DNA of 64,000 nucleotides from an uncultured bacterium (GTDB lineage Bacteria; Bacillota_I; Bacilli_A; RFN20; CAG-826): NCBI GenBank assembly GCA_949296775.1, contig CASFQA010000005.1, positions 3,320 to 67,319 of the forward strand, read 5' to 3'. Shown piece by piece: positions 28,501 to 37,844 of this stretch (position 1 is its first letter; each line of letters starts with the position of its first letter). The notes under the pieces were generated by a model. It saw only the letters and a program-made list of their open reading frames with translations, ran no database searches and was not told where the DNA came from. The position numbers and the translations under genes were made by a program.

Positions 28501-29161
28501 CGCGAGTGACCGCGTGGGTATGGGGGTTGAGGGCCCGGGCGCGGAATTCCTCGACCTTATCCATCGGGAGGAGCTTTTTCCACTCTTCCTCATCGACGAA
28601 TTCGACGTTTTGGACTTCGTGCGAGGTCCGGAAGCCATCGAAGTAATGGAGGACCGGGACGCTCGAATCGATCGCGGTGAGATGGGCGACCGGGGTGAGG
28701 TCGGCGATCTCTTGGACCGAGGAGGAGCAGATCATGGTGATGCCCGACTGCCGGACGGCGTAGATGTCTTGGTGATCGCCGAAGATCGAAAGGGCCCGGG
28801 TGGCCAAGGAACGGGCGGCGACGTGTAGGACCGCCGGCAAAAGCTCACCGACCCACTTGTAGATGTTCGGGATCATGAGGAGCAAGCCTTGGGAGGCGGT
28901 GAAGGTGGTCGCGAGGGCGCCGCCTTGGAGGGCGCCGTGGACCGCGCCGGAAGCGCCGGCTTCCGACTGCATCTCGACGACCTTAACCGGGGCGCCGAAG
29001 AAGTTCTTGTCGCCTTTGGCCGATTTGGCATCGACGAGCTCCGCCATCGGGGAAGACGGGGTGATCGGATAAATCGCCGCTACCTCAGTGAAGTAGTAGC
29101 TCTCCATCGCGGCCGCGCTATTGCCGTCGACGGATTTCATTGTTTTTTTGATTTCTGCCAT
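25592..29161 (-). CDS. nifJ: Pyruvate:ferredoxin (flavodoxin) oxidoreductase
   Basis: YPITPSS, EMQSEAGA, TASQGLLLMIP, two CxxCxxC ferredoxin motifs, GACAGCGE, GGDGW.YDIG. Confidence 0.98.
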   Translation of the reverse strand: MAEIKKTMKSVDGNSAAAMESYYFTEVAAIYPITPSSPMAELVDAKSAKGDKNFFGAPVKVVEMQSEAGASGAVHGALQGGALATTFTASQGLLLMIPNIYKWVGELLPAVLHVAARSLATRALSIFGDHQDIYAVRQSGITMICSSSVQEIADLTPVAHLTAIDSSVPVLHYFDGFRTSHEVQNVEFVDEEEWKKLLPMDKVEEFRARALNPHTHAVTRGGAENDDIYFQAREAQNSHFEHVIEVAQKYFKEASRLTGRTYAPFVYYGDPEATKVIIAMGSVTETAMEVVDELNKRGEKVGLVKVHLYRPFSAKLLSEAIPASVKKIAVLDRTKETGAMGEPLYLDVIAAMASVGRKFDAIIGGRYGLSSKDTQPKDVKSVYDFLDAEKNWNGFTVGIKDDVTHLSIPVDEEFVIPHSYTSCLFYGLGSDGTVSANKSSVKIIGDATHQYAQAYFQYDSRKAGGTTRSHLRFGKDPIHSEYYVKNADFISCSLDTYIFKFDIISNLKDGGTFLLNTNMDDETLVKSMPNRMKHLLAKKHAKFYVIDANKLAAECHMGRHTNTTLQAAFFKLSPSIMDYSEAEKWMKKFAEKSYAKKGMDIVKNNWDAIDAGPKGLREIEVDPEWINLPYQKVATADTGDTYYDEYVEVIDRLDGDELPTSAFTKHELLDGTMNENITFRQKRAIADRVPVWDPTYCIQCNQCAFVCPHATIRPYLLNEEEVNNAPDIVKAGLKPALGTKDKTLKYRIQVSTENCIGCGLCVSECMANATAKRMGNDHYALKMVDAHGQAEQQKGADYLYYHCSEKKGEVSDATVKGLGFKKPYMEVSGACAGCGEAPYYRIVSQLFGKDMLVANATGCSSIYCGSTPLTPFVNDNGKDGPAWANSLFEDNAEYGFGMRIATDQKLARIADILTAAKASEKVSDELKAVIDDYLAHVKDREYVRSIVPTLMKLVDESKDEAVKEVKLYERDLIDKSVWIVGGDGWSYDIGYGGLDHVLANEADVNVLVLDTEVYSNTGGQASKSSQTGSINKFTASGKKEAKKNLALMAMAYGHVYVAQIALGANPAKAIQALKEAESYDGPSLVICYCPCAEQHIKGGLVNSISEEKKAVECGYFTTFRYDPRLKAEGKSPLTFDCKEPDFSKLRDFIMQETRFSQLPIVNPEHAEELLTKCEKYAEQRYHDIKKFGE

Positions 29162-29279
29162 TTGGGTTATGAAATCTCCTTGCCGTTAAAGTATAGGGCG
29201 AATAGGGGCCACTCTCAACGAAAAAAAAGCAAAAGCCCCTTAAGGGGCTATAGGTTAATTTTACTTAACAGTTCCCGCC

Positions 29280-31184
29280 CTATTTCTGCTTCAGCCGGTA
29301 AAGCAAACGGGAAAGGTCCCGGCGGAGGGCCCCGACCCTTAGTATCAATGGCAAGAACAAAATGCCGGCCGCGACGAAGACGGCGGGGAAAAGAATCGCG
29401 TCGGCCCCAATGCGAATAAATGGCATGGCATAACCCAATAAAGACGAAAGGTAACGGTATTCAGCCCAATAAGCGGCCCCGATCCCCAATGGTACTGAGC
29501 AAAGATAGGCGATTATCGAAGTAAGGGAGAAAAACGCAATCCGCGGATGCAAAAGATAATCCCGGGAAGCGCCGGTTAACCGAAGCAACAAGAGCCGGCG
29601 GTTTGATGCCAAAACATATGCCGATGCCATCGCCAGGCAAAGGGCAGTGGCCAAACACCCGTAAAGCAATAGGTCGTTGAAATTGGCCTTTATGTCGGCG
29701 TAGCGAAATATCTTGGGCGACCCTTCTTTGTCGACAATAAGAAATCTCCCGATGGCGACATAGGCATCTCGCTTTAAAGCCAAGCGTTTGACCTCGTCAT
29801 TCTTGAATAGGATACGGGAGCTTAACGGCAAAGAACCTGCGCCTTCGTTATTGGTGATGCCGACGGTCGAATAGAAGGAAAAAGCCGAGAACGCATTGTA
29901 ATTGATCCGTTCGGAATGGAGATACAGTTCGAAATTGGGGACGCTGTCGGCTTTGAAAACGCCGGATAAAGTCCACTCGACTCCGCTATTGACCCGGAGG
30001 ATCAATTCCGATTGGGCTTTGGTAAAGCCATCTTCGCTATAAGGATCGTCGATGCCATAGCTTTGACATATGCCCAAGTAGGACGGTTCGGGCAAGGCGT
30101 ATTCCAACGGATCATCCGGAAACGAACCGAGCTCGAAATCATAGGTTTCCCGGCTCAACAAACCATCGGTGAAAAACTCCTCCGACACAAAAGCCATCAG
30201 TTGGTTTTTGGCGGTAAAGAACTCCCGCCCTTGAATGGTGTAGTTCGAGGCGGAGCGGATCATCAGAGTATATTCCTCGGGGCTGCCGGAAAAATATGGG
30301 AGCATGTCGCCTTCTTCGATCATCGCTCGCGTCTGATAGCTGGGGACGACTTCATCGGATATAATCCCGGAGAAAACATTATCGGTTCGGCTGGTCAGCA
30401 TGATTCCGTGGAAAATCGACGTCGACATCAAGAAAACCGAGGCCAAGAACGCCAAAGCATGAGAACAAGGGAATTCGCGAAGCAAAGACCGCAAAGGCGG
30501 CCAGCGCTTCCTTGACGGCGAATCACGATGGGTTTTCTGCTTGTCTAAAAACGGGACCCCGCCCCCTTCGACTCGTCCTCCCCCAACCTTTAGATGGGGA
30601 AAGGAAGCATAGTCGGATGACAAAGTCTCATTGGTGCTAAAAATCACCAAATGATGGTGGCTGTAAGCTTTCGCCGCGCGCAAAACCGCCTCTGCGTTTT
30701 CCCGATCGAGGTTGGAGGTCGGCTCATCAAGCAAAAGAATAGGCCGATCGCTATAAAACGCCCGGGCCAGCGCCACCCGTTGCCTCTCGCCGGTTGATAA
30801 GCTCCGACCTTTCGAATGCCGCAAATGCCCAAGCCCTAAATCGACAAGAATCCGTTCCGCCTTCCTCCTATTCCGTTTGGCAAAAGGCAACAGCACGTTG
30901 GATAACGCCGTTTGATCATCGAATAGCAAGGCATCTTGAAAGCAGTAGGCAGCGGTTTCGGTTGAATAGTAGTCGCGGTTCGCCGGGCCGATGGTTTGCC
31001 CATCAAATATTAGTTCGCCGTCGAAGTCTGAATCGCGGCCAGATAGCATAGACAGCAAGGTGGTCTTTCCCGAACCGTTGGCGCCGAAAAGGAAAAACAA
31101 TCCGGTTTTAGGAAACGAAAGGCAAACATCTTTGAAAACGATGTTCCCTGCAAAGGTTTTTTCTTTGATACGGAGTTCAATCAT
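29280..31184 (-). CDS. ABC ATPase-permease fusion (MacB/FtsX-like topology)
   Basis: GANGSGKTT, LSTGERQR, LLLDEP; then one TM, a large loop and three TMs with LLRLTGAS; ATGA-coupled to the upstream gene. Confidence 0.85.
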   Translation of the reverse strand: MIELRIKEKTFAGNIVFKDVCLSFPKTGLFFLFGANGSGKTTLLSMLSGRDSDFDGELIFDGQTIGPANRDYYSTETAAYCFQDALLFDDQTALSNVLLPFAKRNRRKAERILVDLGLGHLRHSKGRSLSTGERQRVALARAFYSDRPILLLDEPTSNLDRENAEAVLRAAKAYSHHHLVIFSTNETLSSDYASFPHLKVGGGRVEGGGVPFLDKQKTHRDSPSRKRWPPLRSLLREFPCSHALAFLASVFLMSTSIFHGIMLTSRTDNVFSGIISDEVVPSYQTRAMIEEGDMLPYFSGSPEEYTLMIRSASNYTIQGREFFTAKNQLMAFVSEEFFTDGLLSRETYDFELGSFPDDPLEYALPEPSYLGICQSYGIDDPYSEDGFTKAQSELILRVNSGVEWTLSGVFKADSVPNFELYLHSERINYNAFSAFSFYSTVGITNNEGAGSLPLSSRILFKNDEVKRLALKRDAYVAIGRFLIVDKEGSPKIFRYADIKANFNDLLLYGCLATALCLAMASAYVLASNRRLLLLRLTGASRDYLLHPRIAFFSLTSIIAYLCSVPLGIGAAYWAEYRYLSSLLGYAMPFIRIGADAILFPAVFVAAGILFLPLILRVGALRRDLSRLLYRLKQK

Positions 31185-32131
31185 GCAAAGTAATCAACGG
31201 TTGAGGGGTTATACCCAAGATTCCACCGAAGCTCATAGTCGTACCCGAAGCCAACATAAAGCGGCGATTCATCAGTCGAATCAACATCATCGTAATTTAC
31301 AACCTCCATATCGATGCCATAGCGAACGACGAAGCCGTTGCGATTGAAATTAGCGACGTTATAGGCGATTTCATATAGCGAATAGGTGTTCATCGTATAG
31401 GTAATACGGCCATATTGTGCATATTCGATGAAATAAGAGAAGCCATTGAATTTCAAACCATCATTAGGCAGTCGCTGACTAGAATAGATCGGGTCGATAG
31501 TGGAAATGGTCGCCTCCGAGGTAAACGTATATGAAATCGTGGTTTCCCGTTCATATTCCAAGTAAACGCCGTCTTGGTTAATCCCTCCTCTGAAAGCGGA
31601 AGTTAAAGTTGTGGATTCGCCGTAAGAAGAGGTATAAGTGGCTGTCCCGGTCGGAGAATCTTCCCCGGACATCGGCCAATAGATGATGCGATTGACCGAA
31701 CCGGTGTGGCTGCCGTTGCTGGTGTCCATAATTCTGGGGATCTGAACTTCAACTTTGAGGAAATAAAGGTTGTAGTTAGAATCAAATGTACTGCTGCCGC
31801 CGCGATAAGCGACGTAGCCGGATGTAGCAGAGGTCTCCGTGTGAATCAAAACCAACATCGAATTCTCGGTGAAGGGGGTCGTGAAAATGTCCATGTCGTA
31901 ATAGAAATACCCGACGCGAGAATCACCATACTGACCAACTCTGATGCCAGGACTATCAAACCCGAAAACATGGTTAAAGCCATCGGTTGAGACGGCGGAT
32001 CGACCGTTTTTGGGTTTCTCCTCAGCATAGGCAATCTCATACTCATCGCCTAGGAACGAGTAAGTATCGGTCACGGCTTTACCCGTTAAAGTCGATAAGC
32101 ACAAAGAAGTCAAAAGAATGGCTGCATTCAT
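31181..32131 (-). CDS. Secreted beta-rich protein, leukocidin/alpha-hemolysin-like candidate
   Basis: Signal peptide; 316 aa; IIYWP...TYTSSYGESTTLTS...TTISYTFTSEATIST.DP Ser/Thr-rich hairpin pattern. Confidence 0.55.
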   Translation of the reverse strand: MNAAILLTSLCLSTLTGKAVTDTYSFLGDEYEIAYAEEKPKNGRSAVSTDGFNHVFGFDSPGIRVGQYGDSRVGYFYYDMDIFTTPFTENSMLVLIHTETSATSGYVAYRGGSSTFDSNYNLYFLKVEVQIPRIMDTSNGSHTGSVNRIIYWPMSGEDSPTGTATYTSSYGESTTLTSAFRGGINQDGVYLEYERETTISYTFTSEATISTIDPIYSSQRLPNDGLKFNGFSYFIEYAQYGRITYTMNTYSLYEIAYNVANFNRNGFVVRYGIDMEVVNYDDVDSTDESPLYVGFGYDYELRWNLGYNPSTVDYFA

Positions 32132-32252
32132 ATGTTTTCTTCCGCAAAGATAATATGGGCAGTTATTTTTTTGTCAACAGGCCACTGATCCAGATGCGTA
32201 AAAGGCACTTAGGGAATTACAAAGCAATTATGAAGAAGAAATTGGGATAATT

Positions 32253-32696
32253 TTATTTCCCGGCCTTGTTTTTCTTCAGCCGGCGCCGATCCCTTTCGAT
32301 CAGTTTCATCATCAGGCGGAGGTCGTGATCGGTTAAGACGATGGAGGTATCGATTAAGCCGGAAACGCTGGTGAGTTTTTTGTAGATATAGTCCATCGTC
32401 GATGAATAGCCCTTAAGCTCGGCGGAGGCTACGGTATCCTTTCTCGCTACCGACGCTTTCTTTTTGTTCGGCTCTAACGGGGTGGCGAGATATTCGCGGA
32501 ACTTCTCCCCCAGATCGCGGACGTTATAATCCGGATCTAAGCGAATAAGGGGGTAAAAATAAGCCAGGGTGTCGCCCAAAACGTCGGGATAGACCCCAAT
32601 CAAATTCGAAAGGTCATAGAGGGTGACGACTTTCCGTCTGGTCCCCGCGAGTGCGCTGATAATGCGCCGAATCGTGTTCTTGCTGGGCTTGGCCAT
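32253..32696 (-). CDS. Hypothetical basic protein with Rex-like N-terminal winged helix
   Basis: KNTIRRI...DLSNLIGV...DTLAYF...YNVRDL resembles the Rex DNA-binding domain; ATG 32696 lies 6 nt after TATAAT. Confidence 0.55.
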   Translation of the reverse strand: MAKPSKNTIRRIISALAGTRRKVVTLYDLSNLIGVYPDVLGDTLAYFYPLIRLDPDYNVRDLGEKFREYLATPLEPNKKKASVARKDTVASAELKGYSSTMDYIYKKLTSVSGLIDTSIVLTDHDLRLMMKLIERDRRRLKKNKAGK

Positions 32697-32712
32697 AGAA
32701 GTATTATACACG

Positions 32713-33165
32713 TTAATTTCGGTATTTCCGCATAAAGTAGTTAGAAAGATTTATGCCCAAGCGAACGACGATATTCTCTTTTTCAACCACGTAACCTTGG
32801 CTTGCGAAAAACGGCAAAGCGGTTTTGCTGGCATAAACCTCCAACGGATATTGCTCGCCCTGCTCCAAATAGCTAAGCAACGCTTTCCCAACCCCTAAGC
32901 GGAAATAGTCCGGGTCGACGTAAAGCCGGTCGATATACGACCCCTTGGCGTCCCCGAAACCAACGATCCGCCCGTCGATAAAGGCGACGGCGGTTTTCTT
33001 ATCGAGGAAAGAATCCCGCCACCAGGCTAAATCATGCCGGCCGATCCAGGCGGATTGCTGGGCCGGCGAATACTCCTTCCCCGTCCCTAGGCGGATCGAA
33101 CGGATGAAGACATCCTCGACGGAAGGCAGATCCGCCTCCTCGATCGGGCGGATGAGGATACTCAT
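32713..33165 (-). CDS. GNAT family N-acetyltransferase
   Basis: IDRLYVDPDYFRLGVGKALL, ASKTALPFFASQGY. Confidence 0.9.
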   Translation of the reverse strand: MSILIRPIEEADLPSVEDVFIRSIRLGTGKEYSPAQQSAWIGRHDLAWWRDSFLDKKTAVAFIDGRIVGFGDAKGSYIDRLYVDPDYFRLGVGKALLSYLEQGEQYPLEVYASKTALPFFASQGYVVEKENIVVRLGINLSNYFMRKYRN

Positions 33166-34067
33166 TTCCGGGCCCTCTTCCCTTGCCAGCAGGCGATTAA
33201 GACGAAAAGCCCAAGCATCAGCAAATCGGCGGCCCCGATGACCAAATACATGGCATAGAGGGGGACCGAGTGGCCGAAGAAGGCGAAGCTGACGTCGAAG
33301 CCATCGCCGATTCCCGCGACCAACGCCCCCGGCAGCGTCTCCCCCATCGCTTCCAAAGCCCCATTGAGAAAGTGATTACGGAACAAGACGGTCGAATAAG
33401 TTCCGGGCAAAAGGGAGGTAAAGTTCCTCACCGCTTCCCCCATCGAGGATAAAGGCATGTAAGCCCCGCAGATGAAGCCATATAAAGCCGAAATCAAGGC
33501 GCAGATCGCCGAATTGACCCCTTGGCTGCGGGTGAAGCTCCAAATGAGGTTGGCCAGCAAGCAGGCGAAGGCGCTGGTCAAGACGATATCGACCGCGATG
33601 AGCAAAACATCAAGGAAGGAAAGATAAAATCCGACCGCCGACAAATAGATGAGCCCGATCCCCAGTAAGGCAAAGCTGACGATGAGGGTCGAAATCAGGT
33701 TGGACAAAACATAACTAAGGGTCAAAAGCCATCGGGGCAACGGGGTGACTAGGAAGTCGAGGTCGGCTTTATTGACCTTATCGATAATCATGACGCCGGA
33801 GCAGAAACTGACGGTAAAGCAAGAGGTGGCCAAGACCGAGGAGACAAGCCAGCCTCCGGTGAAGCCGTCGATCAACGTTTGCTCGATCGTTAACCCGCCC
33901 AATAGATTAAGCAAGGTCTGCTCGTAGTTCCGCCCAAGGAAGGTGATGAAAAGCAACAAAAGGATCATCGGGGTGATGAGGGAAACCAAAAAGGTCATCG
34001 GATCCTTGAAATAGAGTTTGCAGTTCCGCCTTATCAGGGCGGAGAAAGCCCGATAGTTCTGCTTCAT
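33162..34067 (-). CDS. ABC-2 type transporter permease
   Basis: Six TM segments, DFLVTP, GFICGAYMP. Confidence 0.9.
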   Translation of the reverse strand: MKQNYRAFSALIRRNCKLYFKDPMTFLVSLITPMILLLLFITFLGRNYEQTLLNLLGGLTIEQTLIDGFTGGWLVSSVLATSCFTVSFCSGVMIIDKVNKADLDFLVTPLPRWLLTLSYVLSNLISTLIVSFALLGIGLIYLSAVGFYLSFLDVLLIAVDIVLTSAFACLLANLIWSFTRSQGVNSAICALISALYGFICGAYMPLSSMGEAVRNFTSLLPGTYSTVLFRNHFLNGALEAMGETLPGALVAGIGDGFDVSFAFFGHSVPLYAMYLVIGAADLLMLGLFVLIACWQGKRARK

Positions 34068-34975
34068 TGATTGGCTAATTCCTTCCCGGTGACGGCGAGG
34101 AAGACGTCATCCATCGTCCCTTTGATGATCTCGGCATCCTCGATGTAGGCGGAATGGCGGGACAAAAAGCCCATCGCCTGCTTGGTCGAGCGGAATTTGA
34201 TTTCAACCCCGACCTTAATAGGCCGATACTCAACCCGTTGTTCCGCCAATAGATTGAGGAAATCCGGCTCATAACGGTAAATCCGGAGATAATCGCCGGC
34301 GTAACGTTCCTTCAATTCGATCGGTTTGCCTTCGGCGACCGCCTTCCCTTTGTCGATGAGGAGGACGTAATCGGCGATGGCCGCTTCCTCCATATAATGG
34401 GTGGTCAGGATGACGGTCAGCTTCCTTTCCTTCCGCAAACGCTCGATTAAGTCCCATACCAGCTTTCTAGTCAAAGGATCGAGCCCAGTCGTCGGCTCAT
34501 CCAAAATCAATATCCGGGGGTCATGGATCAAAGCCCGAGCCAAGTCTACTTTCCGGATTTGCCCGCCGCTTAATTGGTTGAGCGGCCGCTTCAGAATCCC
34601 CCGCAAATCCAAAGCCGATGAAAGAAAAGCGAGGTTCTGCGCGAATTGGTCGCGTCCTAGCCCGTATAAGCGAGAACGATAGTAAAGATTATCGTAAACC
34701 GAAAGCCGTTTATCGAGGATTGATTGCTGAAAGACGATGCCGATTGAAGGGAGGAAGGCGGCTTTTTCCTCAATCGGATGGCCCAAAACCGTCAAACAAC
34801 CGGAATCGGGCCGCAAAAGGCCAACCAAAATGCTGATGGTGGTCGATTTGCCAGCCCCATTGACCCCTAAAAAAGCGAAAAGCTCCCCTTCGCGGACGCG
34901 GAAGGACAGACCATCAACCGCGGTTAACTCGCCATAGCTTTTACGGAGGTCATGGATCTCGATGACGTTGTTCAC
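34064..34975 (-). CDS. ABC transporter ATP-binding protein (drug-exporter type)
   Basis: GVNGAGKST, LSGGQ, LILDEPTTGLDP, TTHYMEEA. Confidence 0.95.
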   Translation of the reverse strand: MNNVIEIHDLRKSYGELTAVDGLSFRVREGELFAFLGVNGAGKSTTISILVGLLRPDSGCLTVLGHPIEEKAAFLPSIGIVFQQSILDKRLSVYDNLYYRSRLYGLGRDQFAQNLAFLSSALDLRGILKRPLNQLSGGQIRKVDLARALIHDPRILILDEPTTGLDPLTRKLVWDLIERLRKERKLTVILTTHYMEEAAIADYVLLIDKGKAVAEGKPIELKERYAGDYLRIYRYEPDFLNLLAEQRVEYRPIKVGVEIKFRSTKQAMGFLSRHSAYIEDAEIIKGTMDDVFLAVTGKELANQ

Positions 34976-35044
34976 TCGGTTATTTTATCGAAAATTCCCC
35001 GATGTGGCCTATAAAAGTTTTGTTAAATCGGAACGACAAAAAAC

Positions 35045-35270
35045 TCAAAGCGTTTCCCAATAGCCCGATTTCCGTGATCCGACTCTCCGGACATATCCCT
35101 TTTTGACAAGGGAATCGATGTGCCGGTGGACGGTGGGAACGGAAACGCCAACCAATTGAGACAGCTCTATCAGATTGAGATATTTATCTTGTTTCAAAGC
35201 CTTGATTATCTTTTGGTCAATGGCGTTTATCTTATCATTTATCTTATCATTTATCTTATCATCGAAGGCT
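35045..35270 (-). pseudogene. Orphan C-terminal winged-helix fragment (Fic/ATP-binding transcriptional-regulator type)
   Basis: Manual translation DDKINDKINDKINAIDQKIIKALKQDKYLNLIELSQLVGVSVPTVHRHIDSLVKKGYVRRVGSRKSGYWETL*; no start codon in frame before the repeat; abuts tRNA-Lys 3' end. Confidence 0.75.
35226..35261. repeat. 12-bp tandem repeat x3
   Basis: TTTATCTTATCA at 35226, 35238 and 35250 (encodes the DKIN repeats on the minus strand). Confidence 0.95.
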
Positions 35271-35319
35271 AAGCCGATAAGAAAAACGCCTGGCGGGGGC
35301 CGGCGTTATCAATCGTTTT

Positions 35320-35395
<76 letters not shown>

Positions 35396-35458
35396 AGTGG
35401 CGCTATTTAGCGCTCAACAAGTATACCCCTACCCCCTAATGGGTACAATAGGCAATTT

Positions 35459-36496
35459 TCACTCCGAACCCTGATCGTCATTTTCTTCGATGCCATCGTG
35501 ATTATCCACGGTTTCTTCTGTTCCGATTACCCCATAGACCAAGGTCCCCGACAGCCGATCATGCAGGCTTTGTTTCCGCTTGCTCATGAGCAAGACGATG
35601 AAATCGACCAAGAAGAGGAAACCGGAAAGAAGGATCAAAAACGAAGCGTTGAAAGGCAAAGCCGGAAGCATAAAGAGGAAGGCGATAAATAGATAATGCC
35701 GAAGACATTGATGCCACCTGGCTTGCTTCCCGTCTTTATCGACTAGATGAAGGCGGAAAACCAACTTACCGACCGTCCGTCCTTTGAATAGCGATGGAAC
35801 CAAGCCGAAGATAAGGAGAGGGGGGATCAAAATAGAGGGCAACGATTCAAAATAAAGGATGTCCGAGCATTCTTGATAAAGAGAAAGGTAAACCGGCTGC
35901 TCGCTGAAATGGTAAAAGGCGTCGACATAAGCCCCTTTCGCCACCCCATCCTCGACTCGATAGTAGAAAGATAGAAGCCGCTCCGCCGCCTCCTCTTTGC
36001 TCTCTTCATCGGCAAGCTGCCCCTTAATCGAATCGGAATACTCCGGCTTATCCGTCAAGGAGGACGGCAGAGCGAAATAGGGGTTGATGGAAGAGCCGTC
36101 ATAGCCATAGACGTGTTCATAAATCCAGCGCCCCACCGCTTCCGCGTCGCTTTCGTCGCCGAGGAAACCATCCTCGGGATAAAACCGCAGGTCGGGATTA
36201 ACGGCGACCGCGAAGTAATAATCCCACACGATCGATCCATATTCATCGGCCCCCAGGGTCCCGTCCTCGCCGATCGGATCGAAATAGAAGGCCGTCCCCT
36301 TCTCATCGGCTAAGCCAGACTCATCGACTAAAGATGACATCGCCTCACGTTTCGCCTCATACCCCAATGGGGATTCGATTCCATATTTCCCCAAGGTGAA
36401 ATACAAAACGATCGACAAAACGAGGGAAACGCCGGCGTCGAGTAAGAAGGCGAAGCAACGGGTGCCATAGCCTTTGAAGCCTAAAACCTTATCCAT
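35459..36496 (-). CDS. RDD family membrane protein with large extracytoplasmic loop
   Basis: R.FAFLLD, GRTVGKL, QSLHDRLSGT motifs. Confidence 0.85.
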   Translation of the reverse strand: MDKVLGFKGYGTRCFAFLLDAGVSLVLSIVLYFTLGKYGIESPLGYEAKREAMSSLVDESGLADEKGTAFYFDPIGEDGTLGADEYGSIVWDYYFAVAVNPDLRFYPEDGFLGDESDAEAVGRWIYEHVYGYDGSSINPYFALPSSLTDKPEYSDSIKGQLADEESKEEAAERLLSFYYRVEDGVAKGAYVDAFYHFSEQPVYLSLYQECSDILYFESLPSILIPPLLIFGLVPSLFKGRTVGKLVFRLHLVDKDGKQARWHQCLRHYLFIAFLFMLPALPFNASFLILLSGFLFLVDFIVLLMSKRKQSLHDRLSGTLVYGVIGTEETVDNHDGIEENDDQGSE

Positions 36497-36514
36497 GCTA
36501 GGCGATTTTAGCAT

Positions 36515-36544
36515 AAGAAAAGCCCTCCGCCGAAGCAGAGGGCT
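36515..36544 (-). terminator. Intrinsic terminator after tuf
   Basis: AGCCCTCTGC-TTCG-GCGGAGGGCT followed by TTTCTT. Confidence 0.85.
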
Positions 36545-36561
36545 AATTTGGCTAAATCCTA

Positions 36562-37755
<1,194 letters not shown>

Positions 37756-37844
37756 TTGTTATTTCCTCCAAAAATGGTTTAAGACTTTCTGGCTTGCTAA
37801 TGATAAGACAAGCGGATTTTCTTTACAATACTTATCAGTATTGC

